From contig JBITNC010000001.1 of assembly GCA_050084985.1 (NCBI GenBank), forward strand, positions 158,906,001 to 158,970,000: 64,000 bases of DNA. The letters run 5' to 3'. How positions within the stretch are numbered: position 1 is the first letter of the stretch; each line of letters begins with the position of its first letter. This document shows, one piece after another, positions 50,540 to 63,000 of the stretch. This DNA comes from Nageia nagi. Its lineage: Eukaryota > Plantae > Pinophyta. A program made the position numbers and the translations under genes. The notes beneath the pieces are model-generated. The model was not told where the DNA came from. It ran no database searches and saw only the letters and a list, made by a program, of their open reading frames with translations.

Positions 50540-53280
50540 CCATCATTGAAGAAGCTCACACCAACAAGGGATAGTTCTTTTGGCTCAGATGAATCAAATA
50601 TGGGATCTTTTTTGCATGATTCCATTGTCTCAATTTTCCTCTTTGCAAAAGACATCAAGTTGTTATCTCATACAATAGTTGGGCTTCAACGTCAAGTTGA
50701 CACCTTGAGTACCTTTTGTGATAGCCATGGTCTTGAAGTTAATCTTAAACAGATAAAGTTGATGTCCTTCAATATGTCAAGAGCACATGCTACCAAAAAC
50801 CACCTAACATTCCAAAGGTAGCCTATTGAAGCAATCAATTTGTAAACCTATCTAGGTGTGCTCTTCATAGTCCCTACTTTCAGCTTGATATCAACCTTCC
50901 AAAACATATTGAATAAATGTTATATTACGGTTTTCACACTCAAGAGATAATGCTTTCAACTTCAGTTACAAGATATCATGGCAAAAATCAAACTCTTTTG
51001 TGCTTTAGTCTCCTTTCCCTTGTTATATGGATGTGATGTTAAGGGACCTAGCTTGAGACACTCTGGTTGGGACCGCATTGAGAGGGTTTTAATCAATATG
51101 CTCTCAAGATCCATCCGAGCCAAAAGAACTATCCTTCATTCCATCATCTTGGTTGAATTAATGCATACCACATGTTAGCCCTTGCAGTATTCCATGTTGT
51201 CGAGCTTTTGAATGGGATCCATTACATGAATTCAACATATCCTAACTTAAAGAGATACTCTCTTAACGCTCAAATCCTCAATTCAACTTGCAAATAAAGG
51301 TGTTTGTTGGTGTTAGTACTCAAAAGCCACCTCTCTCTTGTGATTCATAGGCCTAGATATCAAATGACTACCTCCTCAACTACTAAACATGATCCCTAAT
51401 CCTTCTACCAAAGATATCAACAAAAGGATCAAGAAGGAAATCTACTCAACTTAGCTAAAGACAACATGGATTGAACCAAAAAAACTACTTTCAATGAAGC
51501 TCTTGCATTATCTTCAAGTTTACATGAAGCTAGAGAAATGTGGTATTATCATCCTGATTACATCAATGTTTAAATGAAACTATAGAATGGTTCTACTAGA
51601 GATATCAACAAAAGGAATGGGAAGGAAATCTATTCAACTTACCTGCAGACAACATGGATTGAACCAGGAGAAAAAAAACACTTTCACCAAAGCTCTGGCA
51701 TTATCTCGATGAACATAGAATAAAATTGAGTAAGTTCAAAAACAATGTATCATTTATAACTTCAAAATTAAAAGTAACATACCTTAACCTATCCTCGTCA
51801 TGCAAGTTGGTTTACTCCCTATTGAAAGTGGAGCTTTAAAATGGTATATGTTATACAAGTGTAAACTAACAAAAATTAGATCCCCAAAAATTGTCTATAG
51901 TTGCCCAACAAACTTTTACAAATCATCGACATCTTAAAAGAGGTTGGCTAAAAGACTTTAATAAGTGGCTTGATTTTTGGGATATACAAAATAGCATAAC
52001 CCCTTTGAATAATGATTAATTAGAAGTTTTAATTGCAAATAAAGTAAATCAAAAATTTTGGAATGATAATAACATCAAATACAATAGAAAAGTAGTGTAC
52101 TATAAAAATAGCATTAATCCTAAACTTGAACCTACCTCTTACTCACATAAGATTACTTGTCTCAAAAAGAAGCTTGCGATCACAAAATTGAGAACTAATT
52201 CACATGATTTACATAGTAAAACTAGTAGATGGACAACACCTAAAACACCTTGGGATAAAAGAATTTGTAAGTATTGTAATCTAAATGTTATAGAGGATGA
52301 GAATCACTTTCTCTTTTATTGCCCATTGAACAAAGACATTAGACAAACCTACAAAAATATATGTAACTTCAGCTCAGTCAATGAATTCTTAAACCAAGAT
52401 AATCAAAACAGACTTGGCGATTTTATTATATTACTTATGTGAGAAACCATCATTCAAATACTTAATTGATATATATTTATTCTGGACAAACCAATGGGCT
52501 GACTTATTTATATTTATCTATCTCACTTGTATTGATATATTCTTATTTAAATACTTAACTAATATATTTTCAATTTTGGACAATTTTGATGTCCTACAAA
52601 CCATTGGGTTTAAAAGGATGTTAAAAGACCTAATCTATTTATATCTCATGGGCCTTTATTTCCCCCTTGACCAGATAAGGGTTTACTCGCACCAGCTCTT
52701 CATTGAGACAAATCACCATATCCCTAGAGACCAACGTATATGCAAACTATGCAACATGGAACCAGATACTGAAAAACATTTCATATTCATTTGTTTCATC
52801 TACTATGAAATTTGAGATATATTCCATTGCTCATTCAAAGGTACCCACGCTCTAAAATCATGGATGTATTACAAAGACCAATTATATGTTGCACTCTATA
52901 TGAAAGAAGCCACTCGCTTCAAATAGAAAGTGATCGTTGACAAACCTACAACATGTCAAATCACAATATCACATCCTATTTCCAACCACAAGCAATCACA
53001 AATTGGAAGCATCAAATGAACCCCAAAGATTATGGAAGGAACACACATCGATGCATTATTGCTAACCTGACTAGGGTTAATCCCTTTGGTTGTAACATCA
53101 AGAGCTTTTTTCCAACCTTGAACTCTCGATATATAGACTTCAAACCTATTGCATTTTAACACTCTTCATTATCTACTTCACTCTTACACATCAAAGTTAC
53201 ACTAGGCACTCCCTTACTCTTATTATATGTATTTTTTTACAGTCCCATTGATCATTTTTATCACTGACATTAATATCAAA
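50540..53280 (+). mobile_element. Decayed RTE/RTE-X-like LINE 3' part (RT C-terminus and Cys/His domain) with an internal duplication and a nested second LINE
   Basis: IFLFAKDIKLL..GLQRQVDTLSTFCDSHGLEVNLKQIKLM (LFADD..VNxxKTK region), TYLGVLF, KIKLFCALV..LLYG, and C-terminal QIRVYSHQLFIET..PRDQRICKLCNMEPDTEKHFIFIC..YYEI. About 51405-51510 is duplicated at ~51592-51706. Boundaries approximate. Confidence 0.8.
51712..52520 (+). mobile_element. Second, 5'-truncated RTE-like LINE 3' end nested in the first
   Basis: ORF 52095-52442 KLRTNSHDLHSKTSRW..PWDKRICKYCNLNVIEDENHFLFYCP..DIR is a second, divergent copy of the C-terminal Cys/His domain. Ends in a TTAT-rich tail. No TSD found. Confidence 0.65.
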
Positions 53281-54429
53281 TTTCCTCCATGCATAATCTG
53301 CAAAATGCTTGTTGCATGGGGTACAAGAAAGGAGTTGCAAAGAGGGTAACAACCCCATGCTTGATCGAAGGGCGGATAAAATTTTCCTTTGTATAATACT
53401 ATTTTAGATAGCATGTAACTCTTATTGAGCATAACTATTTTTAGGAAAGATTATTTTTCGCTACGATTTGCTTGAACTATGGGTTTTAGAAATCTTCCTA
53501 TTTTTTTTATAGAAGGGGAATGACCCCTTGTTCTCGTACATCAAGAAAGTTTTGAGTAATAAAATGTGAAGCTCCCATTTGCTCTATGATGTTTCTATGC
53601 ATACAAGGTTTTATATGTTGAAATTTTGTGTTTTTTTTTTTTTTTTGATGATATTTTTGCTATATTGTTATAGTTTGCTTCTTCATTAAGAGTGTTGAAA
53701 ACTTTTATTGAATGTGATTCACAAAACTTTCTTACTTCTTTGCTCTAAATTTTGAACCTTAATCTATAACCAAAATGAAAGGCAAATCAGATTTGAAAAT
53801 AATATAAAAAAAAAAATATTACTAATATTCTCCTTTTAAGGAGAAGAATGATGTTGCTTCAACCGTTTCTTAAGTACTCTGTTTTGTGATGATAACTTTG
53901 TGTCTTGCTAAATATTTTGAATGAATCAAGTTAAAGACTCAAATATAAAGGCAATGATAATACTTTGAACTGTAGATCTTCAAATAGGGTATGTTAAAAT
54001 CAAGCACAATAATATCATTTTACAAATTTATGGTTATCTAGATTCATAAAGCTTACAATATTCTATATTGGTAACTTGCTTGCTAAGTAAAATCAACATT
54101 TAACGTCTTTTAAAATTATTGATTTGTAGGATCTATCAAGAGTTTTTAAATATCACCAATGTAAGGGGTGGTATTGGAACTTAGAACCTTCCATGTGAAT
54201 GCCTTTACACCTCACTTATCTCCCAACTCCCTTAACAAGAGGTGTCCATCCCATTATTATGTCCTTCACAAATGCCATCATGACTCTGACGTAAAACAAT
54301 CTTTGCTGCTTCTTTTGTGGACCTCTTATAAAAATATCATCAGAAGTCTTCTATAAAGCTCATTGCCAATAACACACACTTTGGTATCAATTTCTTTAAT
54401 CTTTGTTTTATTATTTATGAGTAAGATAT

Positions 54430-54838
54430 GAAGCTTCAGTAAGAAAAACAAGGATATCAGAATTGTATTGGTGCCATCCTACATCATGTTTCCCATGTAT
54501 TGATTGAAGCATTGCGCAGCTGGAATTTACTGCCTGCATTATAAATTATAACTGACCCTCTTTTCAAATCATGAAATGATTCATCAAGCATAGAGCTAGA
54601 TGTCTTTATGAACTGAATGTGTTGAAAATGTATGAATGAATGTGTCTTAATTATAAGTATTCAACATGATGTAAAAACAGAAGCACATATATAAAGCACC
54701 AAGGTATGGAGCCAAAAATAGCTTCACAAGATCATCCACACGGAACATTCCAGACGGCAACATAACTGAGGACGTTGGTAATTTCTTTCATTATGTCTTG
54801 CAGTGTTATCTTCCGTCCAGATTGACTTCTCTTTTCAG
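54430..54838 (-). pseudogene. Old tandem duplicate of the last ~45 codons and 3' UTR of the CAF gene
   Basis: Co-linear with ~54946-55360. Encodes PEKRSQSGRKITLQDI/(frameshift)PTSSVMLPSGMFRVDDLVKLFLAP versus the gene's SGGKVTFQDV..SSDMVPPGLLLLDDLVQLLLAP*. Confidence 0.85.
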
Positions 54839-55215
54839 GTTTGAGGTTCAGACAAAACTAAACATGATAATTATGGTTGTTACAATATAAATATTTACTG
54901 CATAGTTAAGGAATCAATTCAGTCTGACCATTTATGAATAGTTATGAGGCTTCAGTAAGAAAGAATGAGGATCAGATTTGCATTGGTCCGAATTGCAATC
55001 CAACACCATTTTTACCATATACTGATTGAAGGCAGTGCACAAGTAGAACTCGCTGCCTGTATAATAAATTACAAATTTTGAAGCACCGGATGACTTATCA
55101 AGCACAATGCCAGATGTCTTTACAAATATAATGTTTAGAAAACAAATGAATGAAGGAGTCTAGATACAAGTACTCGCACAATTTTAAACCAGAAATTCAT
55201 GTATAAAGCAACAAA

Positions 55216-56316
55216 TTAAGGTGCTAAAAGAAGCTGAACAAGATCATCCAAAAGAAGAAGTCCAGGAGGCACCATATCTGAGGAATGAGTTATTTCTTCT
55301 AATTCTTTATTTACATCTTGAAATGTTACCTTCCCTCCAGACAGACTGCTCTCTTCATTTCTAATAGCTCTCTTTTCACCCCTACCACTCTTTCTAGCCA
55401 ATAAAATTTGGTTAGACTTGACATGTGACCCTCGAGATGCTGTCTTTGCAAACTCATCTGATATCTCTGAAACAGGGTCTGGATCCAGACAAGGTCCATC
55501 CAACAATAAGACTATCCTAGATTCAATTGATTGTGGCCATAAGCATTCAACGTGTTCAGCTTTGGCGCTGCATTCATTGGCCTCTTCTTCAGTCAGGATT
55601 TCCTTTTCATTTGTATCCTTGGCTTCATACACATTGTCACCTCCTTGCGTATCATGTTTTTTACAATCAAGCTTTGACAACAGATCATAACTATTATTCT
55701 CAATGGTTCCCATAAATTTTGTATTGAGCACCCCAGCTGTTGTTGGAAGAAGTACTGCTTCAGATGACGTTTTAGAGGAATCGATGGCAGAAATGGTCGC
55801 ATTTGATTTTCCTTCTGCATCTGAAGCATGTACAAGTTCACTTGAATCTTTTGCCTCAAGACCATTTTCATCTTCAGATGCATCAGAATCATTTTGTTTA
55901 TGCAGCTGATAATTACTTCTCTCATCAAAGATGTTATCATTATTGACCACACTAGTAAGCTCTTTGGGCTGCAATGAATTGGATAACTTCTTCAACTTGA
56001 GCTCAAGAGACTCCTTAAATTGACTAGCCACCCTTCTATCATTGAGAGAAGAAAAACTGGATGACGCAACACTCCTTTGCTTCGCTAATTCTGTGTTCAA
56101 AGAAGTTGCTGCTTCTTCCAATTCACCACAAATTATTCCATCAGTTGACTGAATACCAGTCATCCTGGAATTGGATGAATTATCACCAAGACATTCACTG
56201 CCATATGCCGAAGAAACTGTGACACATCCTTCAGAATTGATAACTTTGTACTCCCTCCCCCTCCACATTAGTATGTTCTCTTTATCAAAAGAAAGCAACA
56301 CGCAAGGAACCAGTTC
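55216..56316 (-). CDS. CAF1: CRS2-associated factor (CAF1/CAF2-like), chloroplast CRM-domain group II intron splicing factor: last exon
   Basis: gcag|GAA acceptor; ELVPCVLLSFDKENILMWRGREYK; 1101 bp open to TAA at 55216-55218; C-terminal WPQSIES..LLLD..LDPD block. Assignment to CAF1 rather than CAF2 is uncertain. Confidence 0.93.
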   Translation of the reverse strand, partial: ELVPCVLLSFDKENILMWRGREYKVINSEGCVTVSSAYGSECLGDNSSNSRMTGIQSTDGIICGELEEAATSLNTELAKQRSVASSSFSSLNDRRVASQFKESLELKLKKLSNSLQPKELTSVVNNDNIFDERSNYQLHKQNDSDASEDENGLEAKDSSELVHASDAEGKSNATISAIDSSKTSSEAVLLPTTAGVLNTKFMGTIENNSYDLLSKLDCKKHDTQGGDNVYEAKDTNEKEILTEEEANECSAKAEHVECLWPQSIESRIVLLLDGPCLDPDPVSEISDEFAKTASRGSHVKSNQILLARKSGRGEKRAIRNEESSLSGGKVTFQDVNKELEEITHSSDMVPPGLLLLDDLVQLLLAP

Positions 56317-56459
56317 CTGCTTCCAACAATTAAAAATTTAATGTTGGGTTATGTTAACTGGATTAGAGCTAACATGGAAATTTAACACAAGGCTTTTCCC
56401 ATACTAAATACACTCCAGATAGCAACCACAGATATCTTTTAGGAATGATATCTACAAAC

Positions 56460-56587
56460 CTTGAGTTTCACACCTATTCTTTTGTAGTCGCTAGGTTTCA
56501 TTCCTCGGCAATTTATCCGCACTAGTTCAGTCTTTTCAAAAGCTTCCCTGACATTCCTTACAAGATCAATGTAGACACCATTTTTCC
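56460..56587 (-). CDS. CAF1: CAF1/CAF2-like gene: penultimate exon (second CRM domain)
   Basis: cag|GG AAA AAT GGT...CTC AAG|gt; (G)[42 protein letters not shown]; 128 bp with phases matching both neighbouring exons. Confidence 0.93.
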
Positions 56588-59128
56588 CTGCATATCAAAG
56601 TTATAAAAATATACATTGTTTAATTTCTATGCCTAAGTCCAGAAAAATCAGTGGAAGCATTTTCACAAACATTTTCTCTACAAAGGCAATTGATGGAAGT
56701 CCCAGTTCATCACGCATACAATTTACTCTACATTGGTTCCACTCTGAATTACTCTATGTATGAGCTGATTAAATCCTAAAAGCAAGTGCTTAATATCATG
56801 TAAACTTAAATTTATATTTTGTGTTTTCTGGTGAATATGAACAGTTGAATAACAAGAATCAAGCTATGGAGACTCCCACCCAAGCCTGACCAAGTACTCA
56901 TAAAATAGCCTCCGACATACGCTCAATATGTCCGTTTAGTTCTTGAATCTTATATTTCACGCATTTTCTTCCTTTTTGGCCAAGAAAGAATAGTCGAATC
57001 ATGTAAAATGAAGTAGAATGTAAAATTTAGAACTCTTTAATATTGGCTCCACAGAAGACAGTGACAGCTTCTTACTGATAATCACTTTGGGTAGCAAATA
57101 AGCAAAATTTGGAACAAAATCAGTAGCCAAGAACCCATAAAATTAGTGTAATGTAATCAAACTGACTGATTACAGTTAACATTATATGTGTATCATTAAA
57201 ATTTCCTTAAAGCAAATATTTAGTCAACTGTAACACTCAGAGTCCAAGTACTTCAGATGCTGCTGTGTCTAAGCGTGGTTGTGTGGAAGATTGATATGCT
57301 GCTGTGTCTATGTGTGACTATCCTCAGAACCATTTTTTGCATCTGTTGTTTGATCTATCCTATCATCGAACATTGCCAACTTCAGGCAAAGATCCTCTGG
57401 ATACTCTACTACTGGACATAGAAGACACTCCACATGGCAAAGAGTTTGTGTTGATAAGGATTGGAGAACAGCAGCAGAGATCCAACAGAATCCGGTACTG
57501 TTCTCTTAATTTTAGCCCCAATCCTATTAAGGTTACAGTCAGTTAATTCTCAGTGCAGAGCTTACAGTCTGGATCCCTGCCAAGTCCCGAGGTACATGCC
57601 TTGTAGGCTGGTACACACTAGATATATTTTTTTATGGGCCATGGTTATGATTGCATGATTTCTTGGTGTTTTTTATAGGTCTACCTGTTTCTCTGAACCT
57701 TAATTTAATCCCTGAATGCTGATTGATTCTAGAGCCACTGGCTTAAGAAAAGGTTCGAAAAAAATATGAGCCTTAATTGAATACCATGGGTCATTGGTGG
57801 GTTACAAGTACTAATTATAGTTCTTTGAAACACCATATTCCAGTAAATATTCCTTATTTGCATTTCAAACTCCATAAAAACTAAAAAGAGCATATATTTT
57901 TTAACTCTGTCCATAGTGACTTTAATTTCCTAAAGCTAGAACATTACATTTGAACAAAGGCTTTTGGTGTTTCATCTCATAAGAGGTTGTATACGAAAAC
58001 CTAAGCTCATTATGAGACAAAGCCCTCAGTCTTCAAACCTAAAGACAAGATCATAAAGCAGCATTCAGTGCGAAAAGTCATGACCTGTCATAGGGTCCCA
58101 TCATCTTAGGCTTTTGGGCTATTTGAACACCACTGACCAATAATGCAAGCCTATAAAAGAATGATATATAAGTTGCATACAGTTGGAGATTGAGCATATT
58201 TATAAGCCTTGTATGCTAGTTAGATCTTCAAAGAAGCAGAGGGTCAGAACAGCTGCACCAGGTAGGTGTTGAAGATTATGATTATGATGATATCACCGCT
58301 AGCATCATTACGCATATTTTCTTACGTAAACACGAGTAAGTTTACAACGGTTGAAGGTTTGGAAGTCTATATCATAACACCAAACCAACCTAAGAATTAG
58401 TTACATATATCAACCAGACAGCCTTGTTGATTTTTATGGTGACACCACAACTTAATCATTGTACTAAGAAGTCCTTATGGTAAATATATGGAAAAAAAAC
58501 GAGCAATGAGATTGTTTCAATGCTCTACAGGACTATTGAATTAAGATCTTCTGGAACATACGTTTCAGGCATTCCTTTGGAATATTGCTGCTTCAGTAAA
58601 AACAGATATCGATGCTACAGTCCATCAGACATAATGTAGAGCCTGGAAACGAACAACAATCTGCAATTCTCCTAGAACGCACTCAATGAATCAAATAGTC
58701 AAAATTTTCAGAGAATAAGGGTCCATATTAACACTCTACAGCAAAAACTGCAAAAGGAGCAGTCTTTTTTTAAGCCATAAAAACAGCATAAAGCATGATA
58801 GACAAGGAGGTCCATATTCAAGTTGATATTTGAGGCCCGTTTGTGATAAAACACAACCTATAGAAATGTTTCCAGTCTGTGCCATAGAATTTACAAAATG
58901 AAGTTGTTCGTAGATTGAAATATATGCAATCCTAGAAGTTCAAGATCAGACTGTATCAACAATCCACTTACTTCAAAAATTGAAAAACATAAAGTTTGAA
59001 AAGAACAAACTTAAAAAACTTATGCTTTACGAGAAACATCAAAATATTTCAATTTTACTCCATCTTTTATCAAACATATAAATACCAGAAACTATATAAC
59101 AATGTCTTAAACATCACAAAAGATATAC

Positions 59129-59354
59129 CTAATTTGCAAATAGCAGGCAAACGGCGTCCTTTCCTTCGCATGGCATCTGCCTCTTCTACTGTCAAACCGT
59201 CAGGAGACTGCTCAATCAACTTTGGATAGACAGGGTTTGCAGGTTTCCAAAGCATCAATGGAAACTTTGGGCGGTATTTAAAACTATAGTTCCGTCCCCG
59301 GAAAAGATACAGTACTCCACCAACGCGATGAATGATCTGTCCTCCAGTTTTCTC
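59129..59354 (-). CDS. CAF1: CAF1/CAF2-like gene: internal exon (end of CRM1 and linker); earlier exons lie beyond the window
   Basis: ccag|GAG AAA ACT...AAA TTA G|gt; [75 protein letters not shown]; 226 bp. Confidence 0.95.
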
Positions 59355-59699
59355 CTGGAATCATTCCAAATATCATTTAGAATTTCACTCGAAAAACAAG
59401 CCTTGCTAAATATTTTGTAGACAGTAAACATGATCTGAATTTTTTCATACAAATATGTTTAGTAACTTCTAATTTCATCATGTCTTATTAATAATATTAG
59501 AATTTTTTTGGAGTAGAGACATAAAAAAACATAACAAATATTCAGTTTGCCATTAATATCAACAATACTGAATTTACAATGGAGAAAATGAAGATGATTA
59601 TCTAGAATACAATAGAAAACAATTGAATCTAAGCACCAAAATCCAAAGGCCAAGTCAGTACATTAGCCCACAAGTGGCAGTGGAAATTGTGGGCTAAAT

Positions 59700-60065
59700 C
59701 GCATTATTAAATTTCTAGACAAATCACCAATGGGTTACTTATCTGAGGCCAAGGAGGTCATTGCAGAGCATTATAAACACACAAAGGCGAAGTATCATCC
59801 TTTTTGGGAGTTGATTGACCATAGATAATCAAGTCAACTTGTTAAACCCATTCAAATTCAAAATATTTTTAGTATTTGACATTTGTGTCCAATGAAAAAG
59901 TTCTCAATGGCCTTTATTTTTGGCTTGACAAAATGATCCAAGATGAGAATCAAATGGATCAAATACAAAGAGACCTACAAATCTACAAGAACACAAAGGG
60001 CTATCTTTACTTGAGTGCAATTTGCATTGTAAAGCTCAATATTAGATTGCAAATCCGAAATATAT
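59700..60065 (+). mobile_element. hAT transposase fragment within the CAF intron
   Basis: DKSPMGYLSEAKEVIAEHY..KYHPFWELIDHR*SSQLVKPI and NEKVLNGLYFWLDKMIQD..DQIQRDLQIYKNTKG match the plant hAT pattern MGYIYEAMDRAKEAI..PIW.IID.RW..QLH.P.H. Confidence 0.78.
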
Positions 60066-60099
60066 AAACTCCAAATTCAAGTTTTACATCACACTCTAT

Positions 60100-63000
60100 T
60101 GTGACTAACAAAACACACCCCAAAATCTTGCAATTTTGGAGATCCACCACAACTCAGGTCCTTCCAACATCATGTCCTTGTCTTGAGTGTTCAAAAACTT
60201 CATCTATTTGGGTATCACACCTATCATCCTGAGCCTCAATGTTATCACTCACCTAGTCATAGCATTATTTAAACAAGGGTCAAAATCCTTCGAAAAATGA
60301 AAAGTTTGGAAATCCTAAGTCGAGTTTAGACAAACAAGGGAAACCCAAGTCGAGTCGGAGTCAAGTCAAGTGAAACTGGGTCATGTTCGGATGCTTTTCT
60401 TTCCCACTTGGGACACTCTAAATATTGCATGCGGAACTTAGGAGATCCCAAGCAACATAGTTGGGAATGCATTACCAATTCCCCCGGTTGAAAAGGACTA
60501 TGTGCCTCCAAGGCTCTTGTTGAAACACCCTGCCCAACGACCCCAATGTTGTGATGTTGTAAGGTATGTCCGCCAGATGTGTTTTCTGAATAGGGATACA
60601 TAAATAAAAAAGTGCAGTATCCCTCTTTCGAATCAGCCTCAATGGAATGGAATGAGAGGTATGTAGTCTATTAACCAACAATGTTTTATTCTTTGATGTA
60701 TAGAGTTTGTTCAGAACTTTTGTGTGTGTACTTAACAATCATATTTGGGTATGAAAGCATAAAGAAAGCGTAAAGGCAATACTGTAAAAGGTGAAGGACA
60801 ACACCTTGGAGAAAGAAAGGATACTTGGTCGGATATGGGTTTGAGGTACACTGATGAGAAAGTGTCTAAGAGTTTATCTCTTCCGAATCGGTTAAGGACT
60901 CTTCATCCAATTCATCCAACCTTCCAAACAAACAACTCCGCATTCAAATTGCTTCAAAGAGAAGCGGAGAGGAATGCCAATTGTTGATTCTCTATGAATA
61001 GGACCGATGCAATTGAATGGAAAACGAGAAGTTCTCAAAGTGGGAAGATCATGGTTTTGGATGAAGGACCTAACGAGATGTCATAGAAGTAGAAACTGAC
61101 ATAGAATACCCAATCAACTCGCATGTTAAGGACCAAGCAACAAACATAGGTAAGCTTCAAATACTTTTAAAGTTTTTCAGAGATAACTTCCCTAAAGCTC
61201 GAGAGCTTTCAAAAGAATAAAACGAAAGTACACAAACCCACTGTAAGTGCCATCAAAGAATCAATCCATAACATCAATATAAAAAGTGTCAAACTCAAGT
61301 CTTTGCATTAACCACTTTGTATTAATTTGAAAAAGAGTTGTGCAAGGATACATAAATTTGCTACTCTCTTACAAAAGTTCTCTCTTCAAGCTTGAAGTGC
61401 TTTGCTTCATAATGAAGTCCTTACAAAAATGAGACCCTTGGTCTCTTATTTATAGAGTTTTGGAAACCTTAAAAGTGACTTTTGAAACCCTAGAAATGAG
61501 TTTCAAAACCCTAACCCTAAATGTAACATTAACAACTATTTACAAGCTAATTGAAAATGCTAATTAAGATTACAATTGGACTTAGTGGAAATCCACTAAG
61601 TTGGCCAAATATTTCGCTTACATATCAAAAACTTGCCAAAATAGACCCCTTTCTATTCTAGCGATTGTGGGAAGATGACTTGCACATTTGTGGCAATTTT
61701 GGCTTCAAATTCATCTTCCATGAGCGTTTCTACGTTCCTAATGGCCCAATGGGTTGTCTGGAGGATTCCTTCATTTGGTAGCAAATGCTCCAGGATGGCC
61801 TTATTGGTTTTGACCATTTCCTTGCACCAGGTGGCAAATCTGACTCCTCCTTTCATCTGTTTTCCTATCTTTGATGTTCTATACGACTAACACCATCTTG
61901 TCCCTGTTTAGGTGGAAAATTTGGAGCTAGAATTGTCCTGGCAAGCTAATGGCACTTTCTAGACAAACAAAGAGGGATTTTGGAAAATTGGATTTTTGGA
62001 TTTTAGTCTAAGTGTGCCATCATCGAAAATGCCAAATTTTGCAAGGCTTAAGGCCTTTTGAATGAGTTTGAGATAACACAAGGGTAGCTGACTCAAAGGA
62101 AAATGCCTTGGCAAAGAAAATTGGGACTTTTGGAGAATTTTCAATTTTTTGCCCAAAAAGTTGACTTTTTCAACAAGAAAAAATGGTGAAAATTGGCGAA
62201 ATTGGCAAATGATGCCAGAATCAAGTTTTAACACCTTAGATGGATGGGGTATGAGTGGGGAAGGTGTTTTAAATTTTGAAACGGCCAAAATGGACTTCAA
62301 AAATAATTTTTTGAATTTTTAGAAAAGTTTTTGGATTTTTTTGAATTTTTTGTCAAGAAATGAGGATTTTGAGCACTCAGATTTTAAATCATATGTATTT
62401 TTTTTTTGTTTTCTTGCTGAAAATAAAAGTTGATCACATGGATAAAGGGTATCCAAAAAAGTGATCAAACTTGAAATTTGGAAAAATAAATTTTCAAGTG
62501 TTTGAGGCTTGGGAAAATGGGGTTTTGGTGAAAAAATCTTCAAAACTTGAAGGAATGGAGTTCATGTGAATGGATGATGTTTGGATTTCGAATTTTAAAG
62601 GAGTTTGGGTGAATGGCTAAGATGCTAAGTGTTTGAAAAATCCTCCAATGCTGAAAAATGGCTTTCTTTCTCACTTGGCTCTCAAATTCTCAAAAATTTG
62701 GGTAGCATGAGGATGCAAAAATGAGAGTGGTGATGAATGGAGGGGGTATGGCTGTATTTATAGACTTAGGGGATCAAGTGGTGCTGCATGTCAAAACCAA
62801 ATTAACCCTAAGTTGAAACTTTGCATTTTGGACCATTCCCTCTCATGTCCAACATTGGAAAAGTGGAGGAAAACAGGGATAAAAGGCCAAACCTGCGCCT
62901 AAGTGTGGAAGGAGCAGATTTGGTGCACTGTGGGGGGTCTAGGAGGCAAAAGTGATGGCCTATGGATGCTCTACAACCTCCACACTTCAAATTTAGATTT

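Noticed and set aside
55418-55952. Overlapping alternative-frame and antisense ORFs in the CAF last exon
   Set aside because: Shadows of the real 1.1-kb coding exon; no independent features.
57240-57700. Extra exon or miRNA precursor in the CAF intron
   Set aside because: The flanking exons already join in frame with a contiguous CAF sequence; I see only a short direct repeat (ATGCTGCTGTGTCTA x2) and no clear hairpin.
61506-61521. Interstitial telomere
   Set aside because: Only about two units; better explained as a telo-box-like motif in an LTR promoter.
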